Positions 1-8,114 of a stretch of DNA of 24,000 nucleotides are shown here, piece by piece; position 1 is the first letter of the stretch; each line of letters begins with the position of its first letter. Below the pieces are notes generated by a model, which searched no databases, was not told where the DNA came from, and worked only from the letters and a program-made list of their open reading frames with translations. The translations under genes and the position numbers were made by a program. This stretch comes from an uncultured Anaerolineae bacterium (lineage in GTDB: Bacteria; Chloroflexota; Anaerolineae; Anaerolineales; Villigracilaceae): positions 102,772-126,771 of the forward strand of contig CAIQVH010000014.1 of the NCBI GenBank assembly GCA_903875215.1, in the 5' to 3' direction.

Positions 1-297
1 CAGCAGGGTGTCTGGCCCGTTGCAGCGTGGCGCGGCGGGAAAGCTGGGAATTTCGGGAAAGGGCGTCTGCTGGCCGGGGAGAAGGGTGGCGCTGGGCGCG
101 CTGGTTACCGCCGGCAGGCTGCTGGGGGCCGGAAATGCGGAAGTGGTTTGAGCGGGGGAAATCTGGCCGGGCAGGTCCAGCCGTGGGCCGAGGGGCGTCT
201 GCCAGCCACTGTGATAATAATCATAACCGACCAGCCCCCACAGCAGGATGGCGATCATCAGTAACAGGAGACGCGCGCCGCGTTCCATACGGGTCAT
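1..297 (-). CDS. Partial CDS (N-terminal 99 codons, continues past the left window edge). Membrane-anchored protein with a Pro/Ser/Thr-rich linker, possibly LytR-CpsA-Psr (LCP) family.
   Basis: Hand translation of the reverse strand. ATG at 297-295, and the frame stays open to position 1: MTRMERGARLLLLMIAILLWGLVGYDYYHSGWQTPLGP...PRCNGPDTLL. It has a basic N-terminus, one hydrophobic helix and then a low-complexity linker. It starts 4 nt downstream of the stop of the 301..1503 gene on the same strand, suggesting an operon. It is absent from the supplied ORF track. The LCP call rests only on the N-terminal architecture and the CxGP..LL ending. Confidence 0.45.
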   Translation of the reverse strand, partial: MTRMERGARLLLLMIAILLWGLVGYDYYHSGWQTPLGPRLDLPGQISPAQTTSAFPAPSSLPAVTSAPSATLLPGQQTPFPEIPSFPAAPRCNGPDTLL

Positions 298-300
298 GGC

Positions 301-1503
301 TTATTGCAACGCCGCGGGAATGGCCGCTGGGGCCGGGCCGAGGAAATACACCGTCACCCAGCCGCTCCAGGTCTGCCAGTCCTCGTCGCTATATCCCAGG
401 TCAATCCATAGACGGCCATCCGGGAAGCCGCCGCCCACATCCCCGATTACGCCCACGCCATAGCCCGGCACATAAACTTGCGACCCGCCCAGGGCATAAA
501 ACAGGTCGCGGGTCATCGCCACCACGCCATGCCGCACAGGCACGCCGCTGGCGGTGCCATAAGAGCATTTACTCGTTCCAGAGCGGCAGGGAGAATACGA
601 AGTGGCGTACATTTGCACGGCACGCCAATACTGCACCTGTCCGCCGGCCATGTCCAGTTGTTGTACTGTTACCTGCGAACCGCGTCCCATGATCTGTTCA
701 ACAGGCTGACGCACCACCACTTCAGCCTCCGTGGTGCGTGCCACCTCAACGCCATTTTCATAGCGGACGCGCTCGGTTGTGAGACTCAGTCCCGGCTCAC
801 CCGGCTGAATCAGGGTTTCAGAACCAATCGGCAAATCTGCAGCTGGCTGGTATTTTGTGGAAAAAGGGAGCGATTTTTGCGCCACGGTGACGGTTTCCTG
901 CACCCGCACAATTTCGATTACCCCATCCGCTGGGGCGGGATCAGACTCAGCTGGCCGGCTTTGATCCAGCCCGAGCAGAGGAATCCCGGCCGAGGCCAGG
1001 ATCTGCCCCACCGTGCCCGCCGCAGATTTGACCGGGATGGCCAGGTTATCCACGCGGATGATATAATCCCGCGCCGGGCGATACGTGATAGTCAACGCAT
1101 TGGTCAAAGGCGTTTCGGGCAGCGGAGCAATATAATCGGCGCGATACAACTGCAAACCGGTTTCTGCCAGTGCCTGGCCGACGGTGGGCGCGGTGGTCTG
1201 GAAGGTGGTTTCACCGTCGGGTGTTAACAGGGTCACCAGTCGGGCGCGCACAAGCTGAAGGGTGTGAGTGCCGCTGGCCGGGAGAACCTGTTCGGCCGGG
1301 ATGGGTTGCCCATCCAGTAGAAAACGGTCTGCGGCTGAGAAGATCAGCCCAGCCTGGGCGGCCAGCGCGAGCGGAGTCGGGCCCTGCGCGGTCAATGCGT
1401 AGCTGCTGCCAGCCTCCACCAGCCAGATTTGTGTCATAGCTGCTGTTTGTGGCTGACAGGCAGCCAGGCTGGTGGCCAGCACAAGCCAAAAAATACGTCT
1501 CAT
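301..1503 (-). CDS. YabE/RpfB-like cell-wall protein: lipoprotein signal + 3x DUF348 + G5 domain + C-terminal 3D (RlpA/MltA-like double-psi beta-barrel) domain
   Basis: 400 aa. N-terminal MRRIFWLVLATSLAAC lipobox. Three DUF348-like repeats, e.g. TTAPTVGQALAETGLQLYRADYIAP and KSAAGTVGQILASAGIPLLGLDQ. G5-like segment VRVQETVTVAQKSLPFSTKYQPAADLPIGSETLIQPGEPGLSLTTERVRYENGVEV. 3D-like tail MYATSYSPC...GTASGVPVRHGVVAMT...VYVPGYGVGVIGDVGGG...IDLGY. Confidence 0.85.
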   Translation of the reverse strand: MRRIFWLVLATSLAACQPQTAAMTQIWLVEAGSSYALTAQGPTPLALAAQAGLIFSAADRFLLDGQPIPAEQVLPASGTHTLQLVRARLVTLLTPDGETTFQTTAPTVGQALAETGLQLYRADYIAPLPETPLTNALTITYRPARDYIIRVDNLAIPVKSAAGTVGQILASAGIPLLGLDQSRPAESDPAPADGVIEIVRVQETVTVAQKSLPFSTKYQPAADLPIGSETLIQPGEPGLSLTTERVRYENGVEVARTTEAEVVVRQPVEQIMGRGSQVTVQQLDMAGGQVQYWRAVQMYATSYSPCRSGTSKCSYGTASGVPVRHGVVAMTRDLFYALGGSQVYVPGYGVGVIGDVGGGFPDGRLWIDLGYSDEDWQTWSGWVTVYFLGPAPAAIPAALQ

Positions 1504-1596
1504 ACGATTGATTCTAGCACAAACCCTGTTCTACTCCGCCGGGTTTCCCGCCGCCCACCCCGAAATCCAGCCTCTGTCCCTTTGGAGAAAAATCTC

Positions 1597-2247
1597 ATGG
1601 TTGAACAATTCTATTCCCGCCTGCCGCGCGAACTGCAAGCCCGCCTGGAAAGCCTGACGACGCCTTTTAAGATCCAGCAATATTTGGATGAAATGCCCTA
1701 TGTAGCCGAAGAGCGCGATCGCTCAGCCCTGAACGTCATGCTGGATGGTCAATCGCACTGCCTGGATGGCGGTTTTTTTGCCGCCCTGGCACTCTGGCGG
1801 CTTGGCCAGCAGCCGTTGTTGATCGATCTGGTGCCCGAACCAGGCGCGGATGATGATCATGTCCTGGCGCTGTACCGTGGGCCGGGGGGCTGGGGCGCGG
1901 TGGCCAAATCCAATTATGTCAACCTGGGTTTTCGCGAACCGGTGTACCGCTCGTTGCGCGAACTGGTGATGACGTATTTTGAACATTACTGCAATACTCA
2001 TCACATGAAAACCCTGCGCGGATACACCCGCCCCTTTGACGCCTCACGCTACGACGCCTTGAACTGGCCCTGGGATGAATCCGGCGCCAACCGGCTTTAC
2101 CGCCGCTTCTACGCCCGAAGAAAACCCATTCCGCTGCTCAGCCTGGAAGACGCCGCGCGGCTCAACCCCCTGGCCGACCGGGCCTATACCGCCGAAACCC
2201 TCTACACTTCTCTCGCCTGGGCTTACGGCAACCGCGCCAACCCATAA
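1597..2247 (+). CDS. Hypothetical protein, possibly a papain/transglutaminase-fold Cys-His hydrolase
   Basis: The track ORF 1429..2247 is trimmed to the ATG at 1597, which follows GGAGAAAAATCTC. The upstream extension overlaps the divergent gene. Candidate catalytic motifs are GQSHCLDGGFFAALAL and DDDHVLALY. I did not recognise a confident family. Confidence 0.65.
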   Translation: MVEQFYSRLPRELQARLESLTTPFKIQQYLDEMPYVAEERDRSALNVMLDGQSHCLDGGFFAALALWRLGQQPLLIDLVPEPGADDDHVLALYRGPGGWGAVAKSNYVNLGFREPVYRSLRELVMTYFEHYCNTHHMKTLRGYTRPFDASRYDALNWPWDESGANRLYRRFYARRKPIPLLSLEDAARLNPLADRAYTAETLYTSLAWAYGNRANP

Positions 2248-2288
2248 GGCGCTTTTCCCCGAAAACTCCACACATTCTTCACATGAGC

Positions 2289-2321
2289 CTGCTATCATGA
2301 CGGGATCCCAGGCGATAGCAG
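2289..2321. promoter_or_regulatory. Nested inverted repeat in the intergenic region upstream of the ABC operon
   Basis: CTGCTATC (2289-2296) and GATAGCAG (2314-2321) are perfect 8-bp arms around a 17-nt spacer that contains the self-complementary GGGATCCC. It is not followed by a T-run. It could be an operator or an RNA hairpin. Confidence 0.3.
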
Positions 2322-2401
2322 TGTAAGAGTTTAATCAGACCCAACAAATGGCCGGGTACAGAAACAAGCCCCCGGGAGTACAATAAAATCAAGGAACGAA
2401 A

Positions 2402-3175
2402 TTGGCAACCGTTGAACAATCTTCCGCTCAAAAATATTCTCCTCCGTTGATCGAGTTGCGCGAGGTGGTGAAAACTTATACCAGCGAAGCCGGGGATTTC
2501 ACCGCTCTCAAAGGCATTGACCTGAACATTCAAGCGCGGGAATTTTTAGGCGTTATCGGCAAATCTGGCGCCGGGAAATCCACGCTGCTGAACATGATTA
2601 CCGGCGTAGATCACCTCACTGCTGGCGAAGTCACCATCCGCGCCGGCGACCGCCCGGTATCGGTTCATGCCCTCACTGAAAACGAACTGGCCCTGTGGCG
2701 CGGGCGGACGCTGGGCGTGGTGTATCAATCGTTTCAACTGCTCCCCATGTTAACCCTGCTCGAAAACATCCTGCTGCCGATGGACTTGTGTGGCATGTAT
2801 CAACCGCGTGAAAGCCGCCGCCGCGCCATGGAATTGCTTGAACTGGTGGAAATCCCCGAACACGCCCACAAACTGCCCGCCTACATATCCGGCGGCCAGC
2901 AGCAGCGCGTTGCCATTGCCCGCGCGCTGGCCAATGACCCGCCCATCCTGGTCGCGGACGAACCGACCGGCTCACTCGACTCGGTCACCGCCGATCACAT
3001 TTTCGATGTTTTTGAACATCTCATCGAAGTGGGCAAAACCATCATCATGGTCACTCACGACATGGGTTTGATGCCGCGCTTCTCGCGCCACCTCCTTTTG
3101 GCAGACGGGGAAATCGCCCCGCCGCCTGCTCCCGTTACCCCGGCCATTCCAGCGCCTGGGCGCGCCCGCCGCTAA
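2402..3175 (+). CDS. ABC transporter ATP-binding protein, MacB/LolD/FtsE-like (canonical motifs)
   Basis: TTG start preceded by AAGGA. Walker [11 protein letters not shown]-loop YQSFQLLP, signature [15 protein letters not shown], Walker [14 protein letters not shown]-loop MVTHD. Confidence 0.92.
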   Translation: MATVEQSSAQKYSPPLIELREVVKTYTSEAGDFTALKGIDLNIQAREFLGVIGKSGAGKSTLLNMITGVDHLTAGEVTIRAGDRPVSVHALTENELALWRGRTLGVVYQSFQLLPMLTLLENILLPMDLCGMYQPRESRRRAMELLELVEIPEHAHKLPAYISGGQQQRVAIARALANDPPILVADEPTGSLDSVTADHIFDVFEHLIEVGKTIIMVTHDMGLMPRFSRHLLLADGEIAPPPAPVTPAIPAPGRARR

Positions 3176-3178
3176 ACC

Positions 3179-4369
3179 ATGGACTCAACTTCCCGCCACC
3201 GCACATCCAAGAAACCAACCAGCCCCGCAGCCGGTGAAGCCGCCGTTGCGCCCTTGCCGATGATTGACATGCGTCGCATCGTCAAAACCTTCAAAAACGC
3301 CGCCGGAGAATTCACCGTACTCAAGGGCATTGACTTGCAAATCGGTCACGGCGAATTCGTCTCCATCGTCGGCAAATCGGGCAGCGGAAAATCCACACTG
3401 CTCAACATGATCACCGGCATAGATCATCCCACCTCCGGGCAGGTTCTGGTCAATGGCACCGACCTGTACACCAGCCTGGATGAATCGGGCCGTTCACGCT
3501 GGCGCGGGCGTAACCTGGGCATTGTTTTCCAATTCTTTCAGCTTCTGCCCATGCTCTCGCTGGCAGAAAACGTCATGCTGCCCATGGATTACGTTGACCT
3601 GTACGACTTTGACGAGCGTCCCAAACGCGCCATGGAACTGCTCGCCCTGGTTGGCCTGGAGAAATTCGCTCACAAGCACCCGGCCTCCGTCTCGACCGGT
3701 CAACAGCAGCTGGCCGCCATTGCCCGCGCCCTGGCCACCAACCCGCCGCTCCTGGTCGCCGACGAACCGACCGGCAACCTCGACTCACGCTCCGCCGACA
3801 CAATCATCCAGCTCTTTGATCAGCTCGTCGCCGAGGGCAAAACCGTTGTCATGGTCACCCACGATCCCTCGCTTACCGAGCGCACCACCCGCAACATCAT
3901 AATTTCTGATGGCGAACTCGTCAGCGAAGCTGTGGCGTGCGCTTTGCCTCTGCTTTCGCATCGCCAGATGCTCGAAGTGACCCGCAAAGCGCAGCGCCTG
4001 ACCTTCCCGCCCGGCATTTCGATTTTAGGCCGCGATCAGCATGTCGACCAGTTTTACATGATCGAGCGCGGCGTGGTGGAAATTGTCCTGCAAGGCCGGG
4101 ATCGTGAAGACGTGATTGTGACGCGCATGGCCGCCGGAGAATTTTTCGGCGAGGTTGAGTTGTTACGCGGCGGAAAATCCATTGCCGCGGTGCGCGCCGC
4201 CCCCGTCGGCCCGGTGGAATTGCTCACTTTGAAGCGGGATGAATTCAAACAACTTTTGGATACCTCCCCCCTGACCGGAGACGCGCTCGGGCGTATCGTT
4301 CAAACCCGTCTGAAGGAACACCGCTCCCTGGAGCCGCGCGGAATCCGCTGGTGGCCCTTCAAAAAATAG
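3179..4369 (+). CDS. ABC transporter ATP-binding protein paralogue with a degenerate signature motif, fused to a C-terminal cyclic-nucleotide-binding-like (CAP effector) domain
   Basis: Walker A GKSGSGKST, Walker [13 protein letters not shown] and H-loop MVTHD are intact. The signature reads VSTGQQQLAAIARAL instead of [15 protein letters not shown]. The C-terminal ~130 aa (FYMIERGVVEIVLQGRD...AGEFFGEVELLRGGKSIAAVRAA...LTLKRDEFKQLL) match the cNMP-binding beta-roll pattern. The start is 4 nt after the upstream stop. Confidence 0.9.
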   Translation: MDSTSRHRTSKKPTSPAAGEAAVAPLPMIDMRRIVKTFKNAAGEFTVLKGIDLQIGHGEFVSIVGKSGSGKSTLLNMITGIDHPTSGQVLVNGTDLYTSLDESGRSRWRGRNLGIVFQFFQLLPMLSLAENVMLPMDYVDLYDFDERPKRAMELLALVGLEKFAHKHPASVSTGQQQLAAIARALATNPPLLVADEPTGNLDSRSADTIIQLFDQLVAEGKTVVMVTHDPSLTERTTRNIIISDGELVSEAVACALPLLSHRQMLEVTRKAQRLTFPPGISILGRDQHVDQFYMIERGVVEIVLQGRDREDVIVTRMAAGEFFGEVELLRGGKSIAAVRAAPVGPVELLTLKRDEFKQLLDTSPLTGDALGRIVQTRLKEHRSLEPRGIRWWPFKK

Positions 4370-4378
4370 AAATGGCAG

Positions 4379-6814
4379 ATGATGAGACCTCGCTGGCGAA
4401 AAGTATTTCTCGACCTGTTTGAAAACAAATTGCGCACCGCGCTGGTGGTATTTTCCATTGCGGTGGGCGTGATTTCGATTGGAGTCATCACTGGCGCCTA
4501 TGTCATCATCGCCAACGACATGAGCGCCAGTTACTCGGCCAATCATCCCATGAACGTGGAACTGCGCACCGAAGATTTTGGCAGTGACCTGGTCACCACG
4601 GTGCAGGGCATGCGCGGCGTCGCCGATGCCGAAGGCCGCCGCATTTTTGCCATGCGCGTGCGCATGCCGGGCACTGTGCAGTGGAAAACGCTCGATTTGG
4701 TGGCCATTGATGATTTCAAGAAAGTTAACATCAACCTGTTGCGCCCTATTTCCGGGAGTATCGCGCCGGCCAAGCAGGAAATACTGCTCGAAAAGAAAGC
4801 TCTCGCCAGCCTGAACCTGAAACCGGGCGAGATTCTCGAACTACAACTGCAGGACGGCACCACCCGCCAGCTGACGGTCGTTGGCGTGGTGCAAGATCAA
4901 ACCACCGGCGCCGGAGATTTTCTCTCGCCACCCTTTGCCTACATTCATACGGATACGCTTGAATATCTGCGCCAGCCGAACCAGTTCAACCGCATGTTTG
5001 TTACTCTTTCTGAAAACCAGAACAACGACGAACATCTGCGCGCCATGGCGGCCCGGATCAAGGACAAAATCGAAAAAACCGATGTGGGCGTTGGCCGCTC
5101 GCGGGTGACCAAAACCAATGAGCATCCTATGGCCTCAACCGTGCAGGCCATCCTGGGCATTTTGCTGGCCCTGGGCGTGTTGATCCTGTTTCTTTCCAGT
5201 TCGCTGATTGCCAACACGCTGGCAGCGTTGCTCAACCAACACCTGCGCCACATCGGCGTGATGAAGCTGGTGGGCGGGCGGCGCAACCAGATTTTCGCCA
5301 TGTACATCACGCTGATCGTGGCCTTTGGTGTAATCGCGCTGCTGATCGCCGTTCCGCTGGGCGGGCAGGGCGCTTTCGGGCTGGCGGCATTCATTGCCGA
5401 CAAGCTGAATTTCAGCCTGATGGGCTACCGGATCGTGCCGCTGGCCCTGGTCATCCAGATTGTTGTTGGGATGGCGGTGCCGCTTTTGGCCGGGCTGTTG
5501 CCCGTCCTGAACGGGTCGCGCATCACCGTGTTGCACGCCATCAGCGGAGATATTGCCGAGGAAACGGCCCCACCGCTTGCGGGTGGAAAAAAACGGGAAG
5601 CGGTCGTCGACCGCGTCCTGCACCGGGTCACCACCGGTCTCGCCCGGCGGGGATACCATCTTCCGCGCCCGCTGTTGATCTCGCTGCGTAACACTTTTCG
5701 CCGCAAAGGCCGCCTGTTGTTGACACTCTTCACCTTGACCATGGGTGGGGCAATTTTTGTGGCGGTTTTCAACGTGCGCGTGACGCTGTTTGATTACATT
5801 GCCGCAGTGGGTAATTATTTTAAGGCCGATGTCACCGTCAGCTTTGACCGGCCCTACCGCCTGAGCGAAGTTCAGCGGGATGCCCTGCGATATCCCGGCG
5901 TGACGGCGGTGGAAGGCTGGGCCTTTGCCAATGCCGAAGTGCTCTTTCCGGATGGCACGGTGGCCGATAATATGCTCATCCTGGCGCCGCCGGTGGATAG
6001 CCAGCTGGTGGAGCCGACCGGTCTGCAGGGGCGCTGGCTGTTGCCGGGCGATGAGAAGGTGATCACGATTAGCGAGAGCATTCTCGATAAGCTCCCCACC
6101 CTGAAAGCCGGAGATATGCTGCGGATGAAGGTGGATGGCAAGGAAGACGACTGGCGGGTGGCTGGCATTTTCAAGTTTGTCAGCCAGCAGGGCACGATTG
6201 CATATGGCAGCTATGATTATTTTTCACGGCTCACCAACCTGGCAAACCGCTCGGTTTCGTTCCGCATTGTGGGCCAGGCGCATGATCCCGCCTCGCAGCA
6301 GATTCTTTCTGACGGGCTGGATAAATACTTCCGTGATCTGGGCTATCACGTCAGCGAGACGCGCACCGGCAAATCCACGCTGGCAACAGCCTCCGAGAGC
6401 CTCGACATTCTCGTCACCTTTTTGTTGATCATGGCCCTGCTGACGGCTTCAGTCGGCGCGATGGGGCTGACCGGCACAATGGGGATGAACGTCCTCGAGC
6501 GCACGCGTGAGATCGGCATCATGCGCGCGATTGGCGCGGTCGATGCCGAAATTATGCGCACGGTCATCGTCGAAGGCGTGGTGATTGGGACGATTTCGTG
6601 GTTCCTGGGAGCGCTGCTGTCCTTTCCGTTCACCTATATGCTCTCGACAATCGTCAGCCTGGCTGTGTTCAATTCGCCGGTGGAAGTGCATTTTACCTGG
6701 CTCGGCTACCTGATCTGGCTGGGAGTGGTACTGGTGCTTTCAGCCCTGGCCAGTGTCCTGCCGGCGCGCAATGCCGCCCGGCTCACCATTCGCGAAGTAC
6801 TGGCGTATGAGTAA
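4379..6814 (+). CDS. ABC transporter permease with two FtsX domains and large extracytoplasmic (MacB_PCD-like) domains
   Basis: 811 aa. N-terminal RKVFLDLFENKLRTALVVFSIAVGVISIG is typical of FtsX/MacB permeases. Hydrophobic four-helix clusters lie at about aa 255-385 and 690-811. REIGIMRAIGA is the conserved FtsX-family motif in the second half, and HIGVMKLVGG in the first. Confidence 0.88.
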   Translation: MMRPRWRKVFLDLFENKLRTALVVFSIAVGVISIGVITGAYVIIANDMSASYSANHPMNVELRTEDFGSDLVTTVQGMRGVADAEGRRIFAMRVRMPGTVQWKTLDLVAIDDFKKVNINLLRPISGSIAPAKQEILLEKKALASLNLKPGEILELQLQDGTTRQLTVVGVVQDQTTGAGDFLSPPFAYIHTDTLEYLRQPNQFNRMFVTLSENQNNDEHLRAMAARIKDKIEKTDVGVGRSRVTKTNEHPMASTVQAILGILLALGVLILFLSSSLIANTLAALLNQHLRHIGVMKLVGGRRNQIFAMYITLIVAFGVIALLIAVPLGGQGAFGLAAFIADKLNFSLMGYRIVPLALVIQIVVGMAVPLLAGLLPVLNGSRITVLHAISGDIAEETAPPLAGGKKREAVVDRVLHRVTTGLARRGYHLPRPLLISLRNTFRRKGRLLLTLFTLTMGGAIFVAVFNVRVTLFDYIAAVGNYFKADVTVSFDRPYRLSEVQRDALRYPGVTAVEGWAFANAEVLFPDGTVADNMLILAPPVDSQLVEPTGLQGRWLLPGDEKVITISESILDKLPTLKAGDMLRMKVDGKEDDWRVAGIFKFVSQQGTIAYGSYDYFSRLTNLANRSVSFRIVGQAHDPASQQILSDGLDKYFRDLGYHVSETRTGKSTLATASESLDILVTFLLIMALLTASVGAMGLTGTMGMNVLERTREIGIMRAIGAVDAEIMRTVIVEGVVIGTISWFLGALLSFPFTYMLSTIVSLAVFNSPVEVHFTWLGYLIWLGVVLVLSALASVLPARNAARLTIREVLAYE

Positions 6815-6860
6815 CTTCTGGCAGGCTTTTTAGATTTTGTCTGCCCAAGGAAGAAAATAG

Positions 6861-8018
6861 ATGAGGTTCCTTATGAAAAAAATGTTGATATTTACCCTGA
6901 TAATTTCCTCCCTGTTGCTGGCAGCTTGCTCTGCCACGCAGGCAACACCTCTGCCTGTTGCTGCTCCTGAAACCTCCGATCTGGTGGTGGCGGAGGGACA
7001 TCTTCTCCCCGCCCAGGATGTCCGGCTGACCTTCCCGGTGCGCGGCCAGGTGGGAGAAATCCCGGCGCTGGAAGGGCAACCAGTTTCAGCTGGAGCAGTT
7101 CTCGTCCGCATGGCAGATCGCCAGCAAGCCGAGGCTGCCCTGACCGCTGCCAACCTGGAACTGGTGCAGGCGCAGCAGGCCTACGATGAACTGATCCGCC
7201 TGCAGGGGGCGAATGCTGCCCAGGCCTGGGAAGCCTACCAGAAAGCACAAATCGCCCGCGCCGCGGCGCAAAAAGAATGGGAAGCGATTGATCCCAATAC
7301 CATCCAGGATGACATCGATACCGCCCAGACCGATGTGCGTGACAAGAAAAAAGCCCTCGAGGACGCTCAAGATGCATTGGCCAAATATCTGGATCTGAAA
7401 TCTGATAACCCCACCCGCCGCCAGGCTGAAGACGATGTCCGCAAGGCGGAAGCCGAATATAACGACGCCCTGCGCCAGGTGGAACAACTTCAGCGGGATG
7501 CTGATGGACCACGCGCCGCCTTGGATGCCGCCCTGGCGGCTGAAACTGAAGCCAAACGGAAGTATGAAATGAGCAAGGACAGCCCGGATCCGGACCAGAA
7601 AGCCCTGCTCGAAGCCCGGTTGGATAACGCCAGGGCCCAATCTGCGGCGGCGCAACATGCACTGGAAAATTATGACTTGAAAGCTCCCTTTGCTGGCGTG
7701 GTGACCGAAGTCAATGTCAGCCTGGGGCAGTTAGTCGGCACCGAAACCTGGGCCGTTCAGATGGCAGATTTCAGCGCCTGGCATGTTGAAACCAGCGACC
7801 TGACCGAGCTGGAAGTGGTCAAGGTCAAACCAGGGCAGGCGGTCGAAATCCGTCCGGATGCGCTGCCCGATGTCGTCTTGAAGGGCGTGGTGGAAAGCAT
7901 CAGCCAGGCATACAAAACCCAGGGAGGCGATATCCTGTACACCGTCAAAATCAGCCTCGTGGATACAGATCCCGCTTTGCGCTGGGGCATGACCGTCGAA
8001 GCCACTTTCCTGCCCTGA
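6861..8018 (+). CDS. HlyD/MFP-family periplasmic adaptor lipoprotein with a long coiled-coil hairpin
   Basis: AAGGAAG lies 8 nt upstream of the ATG. Lipobox LLLAAC. A long Ala/Glu/Gln/Lys-rich coiled-coil region. LKAPFAGVVTEVNVSLGQLV is a typical adaptor beta-barrel motif. Confidence 0.85.
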   Translation: MRFLMKKMLIFTLIISSLLLAACSATQATPLPVAAPETSDLVVAEGHLLPAQDVRLTFPVRGQVGEIPALEGQPVSAGAVLVRMADRQQAEAALTAANLELVQAQQAYDELIRLQGANAAQAWEAYQKAQIARAAAQKEWEAIDPNTIQDDIDTAQTDVRDKKKALEDAQDALAKYLDLKSDNPTRRQAEDDVRKAEAEYNDALRQVEQLQRDADGPRAALDAALAAETEAKRKYEMSKDSPDPDQKALLEARLDNARAQSAAAQHALENYDLKAPFAGVVTEVNVSLGQLVGTETWAVQMADFSAWHVETSDLTELEVVKVKPGQAVEIRPDALPDVVLKGVVESISQAYKTQGGDILYTVKISLVDTDPALRWGMTVEATFLP

Positions 8019-8020
8019 GC

Positions 8021-8048
8021 CACGCCGGGCGAGGCGCGTGCCATTTTT
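8021..8048 (+). terminator. Possible intrinsic terminator after the ABC operon
   Basis: GC-rich imperfect stem CACGC(C)...G(C)GCGTG, followed by CCATTTTT, immediately after the stop at 8016-8018. Confidence 0.35.
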
Positions 8049-8055
8049 CACATTG

Positions 8056-8084
8056 TTGACAGCAGTTTTCATTCTGTGTACACT
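8056..8084 (+). promoter_or_regulatory. Candidate sigma-70-type promoter for the CBS gene
   Basis: TTGACA (8056-8061), a 17-nt spacer, then TACACT (8079-8084). It lies about 30 nt upstream of the GGAG RBS and the ATG at 8115. Confidence 0.4.
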
Positions 8085-8114
8085 GGTGCAATATCTTATT
8101 CAGAGGAGACTGCT

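Noticed and set aside
27-692. 221-aa plus-strand ORF, Arg/Pro/Gly/Ser-rich
   Set aside because: Its composition is typical of an out-of-frame or antisense read-through of high-GC coding DNA. It overlaps the well-supported minus-strand genes (1..297 and 301..1503) and shows no recognisable motifs.
478-1227. 249-aa plus-strand ORF antisense to the G5/3D gene
   Set aside because: The Arg/His/Gly-rich sequence has no motifs. The opposite strand encodes clear DUF348, G5 and 3D domains.
6892-7662. 256-aa and 190-aa minus-strand ORFs antisense to the HlyD adaptor gene
   Set aside because: Their Pro/Arg/Gly-rich low-complexity content is a mirror image of the Ala/Glu-rich coiled-coil coding sequence. 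This is a GC-driven phantom ORF.
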